In this document: in pieces, positions 38,042-47,661 of the stretch
Layout: every line of letters begins with the position of its first letter
Numbering within the stretch: the first letter of the stretch is position 1
Made by a program: the position numbers and the translations under genes
Source of the DNA: Alphaproteobacteria bacterium
GTDB taxonomy: Bacteria; Pseudomonadota; Alphaproteobacteria; UBA828
NCBI GenBank assembly: GCA_965220745.1
Contig: CBDCQT010000010.1
Coordinates: 512,001 to 576,000 of the forward strand
DNA length: 64,000 nt
Reading direction: 5' to 3'
The notes under the pieces: model-generated
Told to the model about the DNA's origin: nothing
The model's database searches: none
Seen by the model: only the letters and a program-made list of their open reading frames with translations

Positions 38042-39031
38042 ATGAGCACTATGAGATTACTAGCCACGGTCGCCCTCGCGGTCATGATCGCGGCTTCGGG
38101 CGCGAGAGCAGAGGGAGTGGGCTTCCGCGACATCGATATCGAGGTGGACGGAGAGCGGCTGATCACCGCGCTCTGGTATCCGACTGATGGGGCAAACGGG
38201 CGGACAGCTGTCGGCCCGTTCACCATGGACGCGAGCCGAGGGGCGCCGCTCGGTGACGGGTGGTACGGTCTCGTCCTGCTGTCGCACGGGACCGGCGGCG
38301 GCCGCCTGAATCACCGCGACACGGCGATTCGTTTGGCCGAGAGCGGTTATATCGTGGCCGCGCCGGAGCACGCCGGCGACAGTTGGCGTGACGGCCGATA
38401 CAGCGGCACAGCGGAGAATTGGCGCCGGCGTCCACGCCAGCTGAGCGCCGTTCTGGATGGCCTCCTCGGCAACGCTGGATTCGGCTCCCACATCGACCCG
38501 GCGCGCGTTGGAGCCGTCGGGCACTCGGCCGGCGGCTATAGCGTGCTTGCCCTGATCGGCGGCCGGGCGGACATGACCGTGCTCGCGCAGCACTGTACTC
38601 GCTATCGCGATGAGGATCCGGAATTCTGCGGTTATGGTCGGCCCGGAGGGCACGACGAGATACCGATGCCCGACATCACAGACCAGCGGATCGGTGCCGT
38701 CGTGGCCGTGGCGCCGGTGGGCGCGCTCTTCGGGGACGGGGCGTTTTCCGGCGTTGCGGTGCCGGCTCAAATACATCGCCTGGAAGCTGACAGCGTGCTG
38801 CGCGAGCCTTGGCACGCGGAGCACATCGCAGCCCTGATGGGGGATCATGCGACCTTGGTCACCCATCCGGAGGCACACCACTTCGCCTTCATCACGCCGT
38901 TCCCGGCTGCGTTGGCCGATCAAGTGGGCGCCGCGGGGCGCGATCCGGCGGACTTCGACCGGCGCGCCTTCCTCGCGGAAATCGACGAGCAGATTCTAGG
39001 ATTCTTCGACGACGCCCTGCCTGCGCCGTGA
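38042..39031 (+). CDS. Exported alpha/beta hydrolase
   Basis: Signal peptide, 'LSHGTGG', nucleophile elbow GHSAGG, 'AHHFAF'. Confidence 0.85.
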   Translation: MSTMRLLATVALAVMIAASGARAEGVGFRDIDIEVDGERLITALWYPTDGANGRTAVGPFTMDASRGAPLGDGWYGLVLLSHGTGGGRLNHRDTAIRLAESGYIVAAPEHAGDSWRDGRYSGTAENWRRRPRQLSAVLDGLLGNAGFGSHIDPARVGAVGHSAGGYSVLALIGGRADMTVLAQHCTRYRDEDPEFCGYGRPGGHDEIPMPDITDQRIGAVVAVAPVGALFGDGAFSGVAVPAQIHRLEADSVLREPWHAEHIAALMGDHATLVTHPEAHHFAFITPFPAALADQVGAAGRDPADFDRRAFLAEIDEQILGFFDDALPAP

Positions 39032-39056
39032 CGCCGGCCGGGCGGCGTTCTGCGGC

Positions 39057-40754
39057 TCAGGCGTCGGCGACGTAGCCGTAGTCGCGGCGCGCGGCCTCCG
39101 GCGTGACGTAACCTTCCGCGAGGTCTTCTTCCACCGCCTCGGACGCGCGCTCACTGGGCTCGCCGTAGCCGCCGCCGCCGGGAACGATGAGCCGCACGCG
39201 ATCACCCGGACGCAGGCGGATATTGGCGTACTTGGACGACGACGCCTTACCGTGGGTTTCGGTCACCGGGCGCCAGTCGTTCGCGCCCTCGGGCCGGACC
39301 AGGGTCGCGCCCACCGCACCCTCCTTGCCGCCGAACAGACCCCACGTCTTGATCCGGTGCCGGTCGGTGCACTGGCTCGCGGTGATCTCCGCCGACAGCG
39401 TACGCAGGGTCTTGCGGTAGCCGAGCCCGCCGCGGTGGCGGCCGGGGCCGCCGGAATCCGGCGTCATCGCGAAGTCCTCGACCTGGAAAGGGAAGCGCGT
39501 CTCGAACACCTCGACCGGGTTGAAGCGGCAGTTGCCGTTGATGGCGATCACGCAATCGTTGCCGTCGGCGTAGTCGCGCCCGCCCCAGCCGCCGGAGATC
39601 AGATCGTAGCAGGCGAAGTACTCGTCGTAGTCGGGGTGGTGGCCGCCGAAGACGAAGTTGCCGCCAGTACCGCTCTCCGCCGCCATAGCGCGCTCGGGTG
39701 CACCCTGGGCGAGCGCGCCGATCACGATGAGCGCGAGCCTCGGGTGAGTTTCCGTATTGCCCGCGACCTCCGGCGCCGGATAGTCGACGTTGGCGACGGT
39801 GCCGGGCCGGGCCACGATCTTGATCGGGCGGAAGCACCCGGAATTCTTGGGAATCGACGGGTCGGTCATGTGAAAAAGCGCGTTGTAGGTCGCCGACCAG
39901 GTGACGCCGAGGGTGGCGTTGATCGGTCCCTTGGCCTGGTCGTCGGTGCCCGAGAAGTCGGCGATCAGCTCGTCCCCCTGGACGAAGACATCGACTCGTA
40001 GCTGATAGGGCTTGTCCTCGATCCCGTCGTTCTCGACCGTGTCCTCGAAGTGGTAGCGGCCGTCGGGGAACTGAGCGATCTCGGCGCGCATGCGGCGCTC
40101 GGAATAGTCCATCAAGTCGCTGCAAGTCTCGTTCCAGAGGTCGCGACCGTACTTCGCCACCATCTCCTTGAGGCGCGCCTCGCCGAGGTCCAGCGCACCG
40201 ATCATGGCGCGCAGGTCGCCGTAGTTGTAACGAGGCGTCCGGACGTTCGCGAGAATGAGCTTCCATACCGAATCGACGTCGCGCCCGCGCTTCATGATCT
40301 TTACCGGCGGCACGCGCACGCCTTCGTGGAAGATCTCCGTCGCCTCGCCGGCGAAGCCGCCCGGCACCATGCCGCCGACTTCGGCGATGTGGCCGATGGC
40401 GACAACGAACGCCAGGAGCTTGCCGTCGGCGAAGACCGGCTTGAACAGCGTGTGCTCGGGCACGTGCAGGCCGCCCCGGTAGGGGTCGTTGTGGACGATG
40501 ACGTCGCCTTCCTCGATCTGGTCGATCGGGATTTCCTCGGCGCAGGTCTTTATCAGCAGCGGCATGCCGCCGATCTGGGCCGGGCAGAACTCGGCGACCG
40601 AGACCATCTCGCCGTCGGTGTCGGCGATGGCGCAAGTGAAATCGAGGCCCTCGTTGAAGATCGTCGAATAGGACGTCTTCATCAGAGTGATTCCCATTTC
40701 CCGGCAGATCGACACCATCGAGGAATCGATGATGTTCATCGTCACCATGTCCAT
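39057..40754 (-). CDS. Hydantoinase B/oxoprolinase family protein
   Basis: 'DFTCAI', 'HNDPYRGGLHVPE', 'EIFHEG', 'DSGGPGRHRGGLG', 'PGGGGYG'. Confidence 0.93.
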   Translation of the reverse strand: MDMVTMNIIDSSMVSICREMGITLMKTSYSTIFNEGLDFTCAIADTDGEMVSVAEFCPAQIGGMPLLIKTCAEEIPIDQIEEGDVIVHNDPYRGGLHVPEHTLFKPVFADGKLLAFVVAIGHIAEVGGMVPGGFAGEATEIFHEGVRVPPVKIMKRGRDVDSVWKLILANVRTPRYNYGDLRAMIGALDLGEARLKEMVAKYGRDLWNETCSDLMDYSERRMRAEIAQFPDGRYHFEDTVENDGIEDKPYQLRVDVFVQGDELIADFSGTDDQAKGPINATLGVTWSATYNALFHMTDPSIPKNSGCFRPIKIVARPGTVANVDYPAPEVAGNTETHPRLALIVIGALAQGAPERAMAAESGTGGNFVFGGHHPDYDEYFACYDLISGGWGGRDYADGNDCVIAINGNCRFNPVEVFETRFPFQVEDFAMTPDSGGPGRHRGGLGYRKTLRTLSAEITASQCTDRHRIKTWGLFGGKEGAVGATLVRPEGANDWRPVTETHGKASSSKYANIRLRPGDRVRLIVPGGGGYGEPSERASEAVEEDLAEGYVTPEAARRDYGYVADA

Positions 40755-40876
40755 GCTGCGCCCTCCCCACGCTGGGCCGTGTGCACCACAAAGCGCGCCC
40801 GAGCCGACATTACGGTCTTGCCGCCTGCTTGAGAAGCCGCGCGTTCGCGCGAAGGCGAGCGCTATACTCCCGCCCC

Positions 40877-41674
40877 ATGGCCCGATTCGCCGCGGTCTTT
40901 CTCCTCGTTCTCACCGTGCCAGGTTTGGGCGTTGCCAGTGGGACGACGGTACCGCTGCCGACGGGCCTCACGCCCGACGCGGAAGCGCGGGTGGTCGAGG
41001 TCATCGACGGCAGCACGGTCCTGCTGCATGACGGGGAGACGGTCAGGCTCGCGGGCATCGACGTGCCGCGGCCCGCGCGTGGCGAAACCGCGTCCGAGGC
41101 CGGCATCCTCGCGACAGAAGCGCGCCAAGCGCTCGCTGCTCTGGTTCACGATCGCCGGGTCGGTCTGGCAGTGGGCGACACCCCGCGAGACCGCTACGGC
41201 CGCCTGCGCGGCCATCTGGCGCGGAGCGACGACGGAACCTGGATTCAAGGTGCGTTACTCGCCGCCGGCCTCGCGCGGGTCCACAGCGTCGTCGACGACC
41301 GCGCAGCGATTCCCGAGATGCTCGCCATCGAACATCGCGCGCGCGCCGCGCGTCTCGGCATCTGGTCGCAGCCTCGCTATCGGGTGCGCACTGCAGATGA
41401 GGCCGACGGCGGGCTCCATAGCTTCCAACTAGTCGAGGGGCGGGTTCGGGCGGCGGCGGTGGTGCGGGGGCGCGGCTACCTCAACTTCGGCGACGACTGG
41501 CGTGAGGACTTCACTGTCTCCATTGGGCCGCGCGACCGTCGGCGCTTCGAGGCTGCGGGCATCGTCATCGAGGATTACGAGGGGCGTCTGGTGCGCGTGC
41601 GCGGCTGGGTCGACTCGTTCAACGGCCCCATGATCGAGGCCACTCATCCCGAGCAGATTGAGGTTCTCGAATGA
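40877..41674 (+). CDS. Thermonuclease (SNase) family protein
   Basis: 'VIDGST', 'VRLAGIDVP', 'DRYGRL', 'ARAARLGIW'; GCTATACT just upstream of the ATG. Confidence 0.85.
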   Translation: MARFAAVFLLVLTVPGLGVASGTTVPLPTGLTPDAEARVVEVIDGSTVLLHDGETVRLAGIDVPRPARGETASEAGILATEARQALAALVHDRRVGLAVGDTPRDRYGRLRGHLARSDDGTWIQGALLAAGLARVHSVVDDRAAIPEMLAIEHRARAARLGIWSQPRYRVRTADEADGGLHSFQLVEGRVRAAAVVRGRGYLNFGDDWREDFTVSIGPRDRRRFEAAGIVIEDYEGRLVRVRGWVDSFNGPMIEATHPEQIEVLE

Positions 41675-43158
41675 GGCGCCTCCGCTGCGCGGCCGCGGCG
41701 CCCGTGGCTCTGGCGCTGGGCTTGGCACTGGCCGCAGCCGCGCCGCTTCTGCTTGGCGGATGCAGCGTCAATCCGGCGACCGGCGACGAGCAATTCACGG
41801 CCTTCCTCTCGCCCGAGGAGGAGCGGCTGGTCGGTGCCCAGGAGCATCCCAAGTTGGTGAAGGCGTTCGGGGACCTCTACGACGACCCGGCACTCCAGCG
41901 CTACGTCTCGAGCCTCGGTCGGTTGCTCCAGCAAACTTCGGAACAGCCTGAGCCGCCCTTCACCTTCGTCGTCCTCGACAGCCCGGAGGTCAACGCCTTC
42001 GCTCTGCCCGGCGGCTACGTCCACGTCACGCGCGGCCTGATGGCACTCGCCAACGACGAGGCGGAGTTTGCGGGCGTGATCGCCCACGAGATCGGCCATG
42101 TGACCGCCCGCCATAGCGCCGAGCGTTACAGCCACGGTCTCGTCGCTGGCCTGGGTGCGGCAATCCTCGGCGTGGTCATCGACAACCGGAGCGTCTCGGA
42201 TTTCGCGAACCTCGCGGCCGGCGCCTACGTTCAAGGCTATTCGCGCTCCCAGGAGCTTGAGGCGGACACGCTGGGCGTGCGCTATTTGAGCCGCGCCGGC
42301 TTCGACGCCACCGCCATGTCGAGCTTCCTGGAGACGATGGGGGCAGAGGCGACGCTCGCAAGCAAGATGGCCGGGAAGCGCGGCGATGGAGCGCAGGGGG
42401 GCCTCTTCGCGAGCCACCCGCGTACCGCCGACCGGGTAATAGAGGCTGCCGCTGCCGCGCAGGCCAAATTCGGCGGCGAGCGCGCCCGCGACGTCTACCT
42501 CCGGCGCATCGACGGCATGATCTACGGCGATTCCCCTGAAGACGGATTCGTTCGCGGCCGGGCATTCGCCCATCCGATCTTGCGGATCGCGTTCACGGCG
42601 CCGCCCGGTTTCCGCCTGCGCAACGCACCAGAGGCGGTGGTAGGCACGCACCCGTCGGGCGCCACGGTGCGCTTTGACGAGGCCAAGCTTGCCAATCCCT
42701 CGATCAGCACCTGGCGCTACCTCCGGGGCGTTTGGGCGTCGAGGGTGGCGCTGACCAGAATCGAGAGAACTCATGTCGACGGCATGGATGCGGTGGCCGC
42801 GAGCACGCGGGTCCGCACCAGGTCGGGCGTGCGCGATGTCCGGCTGGTCGCCATCCGCGCCGCGCCCAATCGGGTGTATCGCTTCTTCTTCGTGACGCCG
42901 CCGCGGCAGACCAGAGAGTTCTCGACTCCCTTCCGGCAGATGATCGCGAGTTTCAGGCGGCTTGGCGTGCAGCAGGCCGCCAACCTCCGCCCGCTCAGGC
43001 TGCGCGTCGTCGAGGTCGAGCCGGGCGATACCGTGGAATCGCTCGCGGCTCGTATGCCATTCAACGACTTCCGCACGGAGCGGTTCCGGGTCTTGAACGG
43101 CCTGCGCCCAGGCGAGCGACTCCGCCCCGGTCAACTGGTGAAAATCGTCACCGAGTAA
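41671..43158 (+). CDS. M48 family metalloprotease lipoprotein with C-terminal LysM-like region
   Basis: Lipobox LGGC, 'NAFALPGG', HEIGH zinc motif, 'ELEAD', 'SHP'; ATGA overlap with the upstream gene. Confidence 0.9.
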   Translation: MRRLRCAAAAPVALALGLALAAAAPLLLGGCSVNPATGDEQFTAFLSPEEERLVGAQEHPKLVKAFGDLYDDPALQRYVSSLGRLLQQTSEQPEPPFTFVVLDSPEVNAFALPGGYVHVTRGLMALANDEAEFAGVIAHEIGHVTARHSAERYSHGLVAGLGAAILGVVIDNRSVSDFANLAAGAYVQGYSRSQELEADTLGVRYLSRAGFDATAMSSFLETMGAEATLASKMAGKRGDGAQGGLFASHPRTADRVIEAAAAAQAKFGGERARDVYLRRIDGMIYGDSPEDGFVRGRAFAHPILRIAFTAPPGFRLRNAPEAVVGTHPSGATVRFDEAKLANPSISTWRYLRGVWASRVALTRIERTHVDGMDAVAASTRVRTRSGVRDVRLVAIRAAPNRVYRFFFVTPPRQTREFSTPFRQMIASFRRLGVQQAANLRPLRLRVVEVEPGDTVESLAARMPFNDFRTERFRVLNGLRPGERLRPGQLVKIVTE

Positions 43159-43166
43159 GGGCCGGC

Positions 43167-44270
43167 CTATTCGGCCGCCGCCTGCCAGCCGATCTCGGCG
43201 CGGAGCCGCGGCATGAGTTCGGTCGCGGTGAGCTCCATGTGGCGCCGCCAGAGGTCCTTATGCACCCAGTCGTGATGCGAGATGATCAGGGTCTCGAAGG
43301 GGCCGGTCTCGTCCCGGAACTCCGCGATCTTCTTGGCCACCGTCTTGGGGCTGCCGGCGGTGACGATGGTGTCGATGCAGTACTCGGGCGTCACCTCTTC
43401 GTCCGGCATGTCGGGATCCGACTTCAGCATGTGGACGAAGCCGCCGTGGCTGGTGACGCCGATGATGTACTTGAAATACCAGTAGAAGGCGTTGTCCTCG
43501 CGCCTGAGGTACTGGCGCGCCTCCTCGTCGGTCTCGGTGATGAGCAGGGTGCGGCCTGCCTTCCACTTGGAGGGGTTGGGTGCAAGCCCGAGCTTCTTGC
43601 GCTCATCGAGATAGTCGCGCCAATGGCCCTTGAGCACGTCGTCGGGGACGAAGTTGGCGGAGATGAACAGCCAATCCCGTTGGGCGGCGAGACGGATGCT
43701 GCCGGAGCCCCGGCTCATCGCCGGGATCATCACCGGTGGATGGGGCTGCTGGTAGGGCTTGCCCATGGCGCCGACGCCGATATCGGACAGCACGTTGTCC
43801 TTGATCTCGAAGTCCCAGTACTTGCCGTGGAACTCGTAGGGCGGGTCCGAGGCCCAGATGCCGTGGATCATGTCGATGGACTCGACCAGCATCTCCATGC
43901 GATCGAGGTCGGTGATCTTGAACATCTCGAAGTCGGGCGGCGTGGCGCCGGGTCCGATTCCCATCAGGAAGCGGCCCTCGGAGATATGGTCGAACTGCGC
44001 GGCTTGGCCCGCCACGATCGCCGGGTGCTGGTAGGGCAGGCAGAGAACGCCGGAGCCGAACTTGATCCGCTCGGTCTGGGGCACCAGCGTCGCGAACAGC
44101 ATCAGCGGCGACTGGATCGGCTCGGAGGGAAGCGCGAAATGCTCGCCGAGCCAGACCTCGTCGAAACCGACCGCATCGGCGCACTTGATGATCTCGAAGT
44201 CTTCCTTCAGCAGCGTGTGATAGCCCCGCCGAAAATCCTGGATCGGGTGCATGAACATGCCAAGCTTCAT
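43167..44270 (-). CDS. Luciferase-like (LLM class) flavin-dependent monooxygenase
   Basis: 'MKLGMFMHP', 'GFDEVWLGEH', 'IKFGSGV', 'KPYQQPHPP'. Confidence 0.92.
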   Translation of the reverse strand: MKLGMFMHPIQDFRRGYHTLLKEDFEIIKCADAVGFDEVWLGEHFALPSEPIQSPLMLFATLVPQTERIKFGSGVLCLPYQHPAIVAGQAAQFDHISEGRFLMGIGPGATPPDFEMFKITDLDRMEMLVESIDMIHGIWASDPPYEFHGKYWDFEIKDNVLSDIGVGAMGKPYQQPHPPVMIPAMSRGSGSIRLAAQRDWLFISANFVPDDVLKGHWRDYLDERKKLGLAPNPSKWKAGRTLLITETDEEARQYLRREDNAFYWYFKYIIGVTSHGGFVHMLKSDPDMPDEEVTPEYCIDTIVTAGSPKTVAKKIAEFRDETGPFETLIISHHDWVHKDLWRRHMELTATELMPRLRAEIGWQAAAE

Positions 44271-44402
44271 GGTGCGCCTCCCTGGCGGCGTTCCCTGCGC
44301 GTGGCGCTCATTATGGTGAGGCCGCGCGCCTGCGTGCAATGGGCGACTCAAGTTTGGGTCCAAGCTTGCAGCACACTCGTTGATCTCGTGCTGCAGTGCT
44401 AG

Positions 44403-46018
44403 CCCGACTTATTCATGGAGAACCTTGCGGTTGAGGCTCGGTTATCGGGTCGCGTCGGGACCTGACGCGGTTTGGCGCCGGGATCTGAGGATGATGGTCG
44501 TTATTGGGTTGAGGGTTGAACGAGCCTGGGTGATTGGGGCACGCCGCCCCGTCGCTCAGGGGCCTGCTGCGGCGAGACGGCCTGCGAGCAGGCGGAAGAG
44601 AGCGGCGTCCGGGCAGGCCGAGGCGAAGTGGATGCGGACGCGGGTGGCCTTCTCGATGACGCGGGCGCCGATCTTGAGGAGGCGCAGCCTCAGGGTTGCG
44701 AACTCTGCACGGGCGAGCGGCGCCGTGCGGGGAATGGCATCGCGGAGCGCGAGCATCAGCCAGTAGGCTGCAGTGTGCAGGACCAGCCTGAGCTGGTTGG
44801 CGCGCGGGCTCTGGCAGGAGGTTCGGTCCGAGGCGAGCTGGCCCTTGTGCATCTTGATCAGGTTCTCGGCCTGGCCTCGGGCGCAGTAGATGTCTTCGTA
44901 GAGATGGCGGGGCTCGCCCTTGAGCGAGGTGACGATATAGCGCGCGTCGAAGCCGCGCGTCGTCGCCTCCAGCCGAGCCACGACCCGGCGTTCGCGGCCC
45001 CAGGAGCCGGCGGCGTAGTCGAAGGCGGCGACGCTGCGCATCCTGTCCGCGCCGGCCTTGGCGCGGCGCACCCGGACGTCGTCGGCCACGTCGTATGCAA
45101 GCGCGTGCAGCGCCCGATTGCCGGCGAGGCCGAAGATGTAGTCGACGCCGTTCTGCTCGCACCAGGCCATGGCTTGCGGGCGGCCGTAGTGCGCATCTCC
45201 CCGGAAGACGATCCGGGTGTGCGGCCAGTGGCGGCGGATGCGGCGGACCAGGTGCTTGATGAGAGTGCGGACCTCGGGCCCCGACGGCGTCTTGCCCGGG
45301 CGCAGGAGGACCGCCACCGGCTTGCCGCTTTCCACATGGTAGACGTGGACGGGCAGGAAGCAGCGGGTGTCGTAATGAGCGTTGAACAGCGACAGCTGCT
45401 GGTGCCCGTGCACGGCATCGCAGGTGTCGTCGATATCGAGCGTGATGGCGGCAGGTGGGGCTGAGAAGGAGCGGCAGAAGAGATCGACCAGGGCGGCCGT
45501 CATGCGCGCCACCTCGATGCGAGACGGCGCGTTCTCCAGGCGGCTCATGGTGGGCTGGGAACAGAGGTCGCCCCCGCTCTCCGGCGCCCGGCCTGAGGCC
45601 AGCTTGAACAGCGGGTCCGCGCGCAGCGCGTCGCAGTCGTCGGCATCCTCGTAACCGCAGGCGATGGCCAGCATGCGAAAGCGCAGCATGGCCGAGAGCG
45701 AGTGGACCACCTGCGCCTGATTGCGCCGGTCGCGGATACAGCCCGCCAGGGTCTCGGCGAGACGCAAGCGGCGTTCCGCCTCGCGCAACAGGACCAGGCC
45801 GCCGTCAGACGAGATCAGGCCGCCGTCGAAGGCGGCGCTCACCCTCTTGCGTTGGACGCTTGGCAGATCGAAGGGGAGAAGGCTATCGTCGGTCATGGCG
45901 GGCGTGGCTTTTTCGTTGTTCGGAGAGGAAGACGCCTCGACAACGAATTCCTACCCGATGGCAACGGCTTACGCTACGTCCGCCACCCCAAAATCAGACC
46001 CGCCACGAATAATCCGGG
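44403..46018 (-). mobile_element. IS1380-family insertion sequence
   Basis: Imperfect terminal IRs CCCGACTTATTC (44403) and CCCGGATTATTC (reverse complement ending 46018); CTAG duplicated on both flanks (44399-44402, 46019-46022). Confidence 0.9.
44556..45896 (-). CDS. IS1380-family DDE transposase
   Basis: 'FDGGLISSDGG', 'SQPTMSRLEN', 'LDIDDT', 'RGDAHY', 'YCARGQAENLIK'. Confidence 0.95.
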   Translation of the reverse strand: MTDDSLLPFDLPSVQRKRVSAAFDGGLISSDGGLVLLREAERRLRLAETLAGCIRDRRNQAQVVHSLSAMLRFRMLAIACGYEDADDCDALRADPLFKLASGRAPESGGDLCSQPTMSRLENAPSRIEVARMTAALVDLFCRSFSAPPAAITLDIDDTCDAVHGHQQLSLFNAHYDTRCFLPVHVYHVESGKPVAVLLRPGKTPSGPEVRTLIKHLVRRIRRHWPHTRIVFRGDAHYGRPQAMAWCEQNGVDYIFGLAGNRALHALAYDVADDVRVRRAKAGADRMRSVAAFDYAAGSWGRERRVVARLEATTRGFDARYIVTSLKGEPRHLYEDIYCARGQAENLIKMHKGQLASDRTSCQSPRANQLRLVLHTAAYWLMLALRDAIPRTAPLARAEFATLRLRLLKIGARVIEKATRVRIHFASACPDAALFRLLAGRLAAAGP

Positions 46019-46801
46019 CTAGTGTATGACCTGGTCCTGGCCCAAGACCTCTCGCTCAATACGCTGCACCGCCGCCTGATTGTCGCCCTCAAAAATTGGT
46101 AGAGCAGTCAGGCGGTTAGCCGCATAGCGGAGCGTTCTACCGCTTATGGACGTCTCTCTTTCCAGAAGAGCAATAACCGAACAGGGGGTCTCAACTTCAT
46201 ACAGAGCGGACATTTGCGCAATTACTGCTTGCAATACACGCTGCTCGCTCATTGCGAGATAAATTGCCACTGGCGTGTGACCTTCAGCTTCAATAATCAT
46301 ATCCGCAGGGAACTCGATACCGGAAGAAAGAGATTCGTCCTCCCGAATAACTGCTCGCCCTCCAATCTTATCTCGAATCGCCCTTGAGGCGTCTTCGCGA
46401 AACGTGCTTGCCGCCCTTTCTGGTGTCAGCAGCACCAAATCTTGAAGTCTTAACAGGAGACCAACAAATTTCATCGCTGCTCGCGGAACATACTCTTCTC
46501 GAAGCGGTAAAGTAGTCAGTTCACCTCGGTCCCTTTCATATCGTGCGCCAAATTCATTCAACATCGACTCAAGGGCTTCCGCTCGTGTCGGCGCTGCCAA
46601 ATCGGAGACAGAAGCCTCTATCAAAGGCATGATCGTTCCGTCATCCTCTACTCGATAAAGACCAGAGTTGTCAGGGCCAACAATGTAGAAACCCAAAGGC
46701 TCGCCCATCCAGTCATATCCTGTGCTCACAGCAAGCCCCACCGGCACCTCACGCACAGACAACTCATCGCAAAAGGCCTTGCAGAGCACCTCAACATTCA
46801 C
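46019..46801 (-). CDS. DUF1828-like protein
   Basis: 'VSTGYDWMGEPLGFYI...RVEDDG' resembles the DUF1828 N-terminal pattern; C-terminal 'FPADMIIE'; markedly low GC. Confidence 0.65.
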   Translation of the reverse strand: MNVEVLCKAFCDELSVREVPVGLAVSTGYDWMGEPLGFYIVGPDNSGLYRVEDDGTIMPLIEASVSDLAAPTRAEALESMLNEFGARYERDRGELTTLPLREEYVPRAAMKFVGLLLRLQDLVLLTPERAASTFREDASRAIRDKIGGRAVIREDESLSSGIEFPADMIIEAEGHTPVAIYLAMSEQRVLQAVIAQMSALYEVETPCSVIALLERETSISGRTLRYAANRLTALPIFEGDNQAAVQRIEREVLGQDQVIH

Positions 46802-47289
46802 AGCAGATTTCCTTTCGACCTATGAAGTCCGAAAAACACAGAAGCACGATCTAAGGCCTTGCGTTCACTGTTCACTCCAAATTCTGTTTGCCTATGATAC
46901 TGGCGCGCATTGGGGAAGCGCCTCTGCCATGGTCCACGCATCATGCCTACAGGAACCGACTCAACGTCGCCACAGGCCGCCAGCAAGTGCCAGCCAGGAT
47001 GCGTCCCATGAAATTCGTAGGACGCTATAACGCTCAGGTCGCGCCCACGCTCAAGGGCTAAAGTCGCACGATACTGCTCCTTATCAATGTGGAACGCTAT
47101 TAAAACTCGGAACGTATTCTCAAGAGCCTGGAATTGTATAACTCGCCAACGATAACGTGAGCCCAATCGGAAAGAGCGATTCCTAGGCAGCGACAAGGGA
47201 AAAGACGCCCGTGGCATTTTGCCACTTTCCCATTTTCCCCAGTCAACATTCGTTTTACTGGCGCTGCGGATATCCTGAGCACGAATCAC
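46798..47289 (-). CDS. Hypothetical protein translationally coupled to the DUF1828-like gene
   Basis: 163-aa low-GC ORF; GTGA overlap with the downstream gene; 'YEFHGTHPGWH' motif. Confidence 0.7.
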   Translation of the reverse strand: MIRAQDIRSASKTNVDWGKWESGKMPRASFPLSLPRNRSFRLGSRYRWRVIQFQALENTFRVLIAFHIDKEQYRATLALERGRDLSVIASYEFHGTHPGWHLLAACGDVESVPVGMMRGPWQRRFPNARQYHRQTEFGVNSERKALDRASVFFGLHRSKGNLL

Positions 47290-47295
47290 TGCAAA

Positions 47296-47324
47296 ACACT
47301 ACCCATGTAGTCTTGCTATGTCAA
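47296..47324 (-). promoter_or_regulatory. Sigma70 promoter of the two-gene cassette
   Basis: Minus strand TTGACA-N17-TAGTGT, 6 nt before the GTG start. Confidence 0.65.
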
Positions 47325-47397
47325 GGCGACGACTTCGCAGCCGGTTCCTATTTTTCGCCATCGAGACGGGACAGGCACCGAATACATCCTATATCGA

Positions 47398-47631
47398 CTA
47401 TTCGCCTTCCCAAAGCTTCAGTTCTTCTTCCGGCAACGGGTCGAAGAATTCGTCGGTGATGGCGGCTTTCCCCTTGAGAACGCCGGGGCGTCGCTTCCCT
47501 CGGGGCTTGCAGGCGACGAGCCGCGCGACCGCCTTTCCGCGACGTGTGATCGTGACCTCCTCCCCGGCCTCCACGCACGCAATCAATCGGGAGAACTGGG
47601 ACTTCGCTTGGCTGATACTCACAAAGGTCAT
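47398..47631 (-). CDS. Phd/YefM family antitoxin (no toxin follows)
   Basis: 'VSISQAKSQFSRLIACVEAGEEVTITRRGKAVARLV...RRPGVLKG...DEFFDPLPEEEL'. Confidence 0.9.
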   Translation of the reverse strand: MTFVSISQAKSQFSRLIACVEAGEEVTITRRGKAVARLVACKPRGKRRPGVLKGKAAITDEFFDPLPEEELKLWEGE

Positions 47632-47661
47632 AGCCGGACGAGCCTCATGCAGTAGGGGTTT

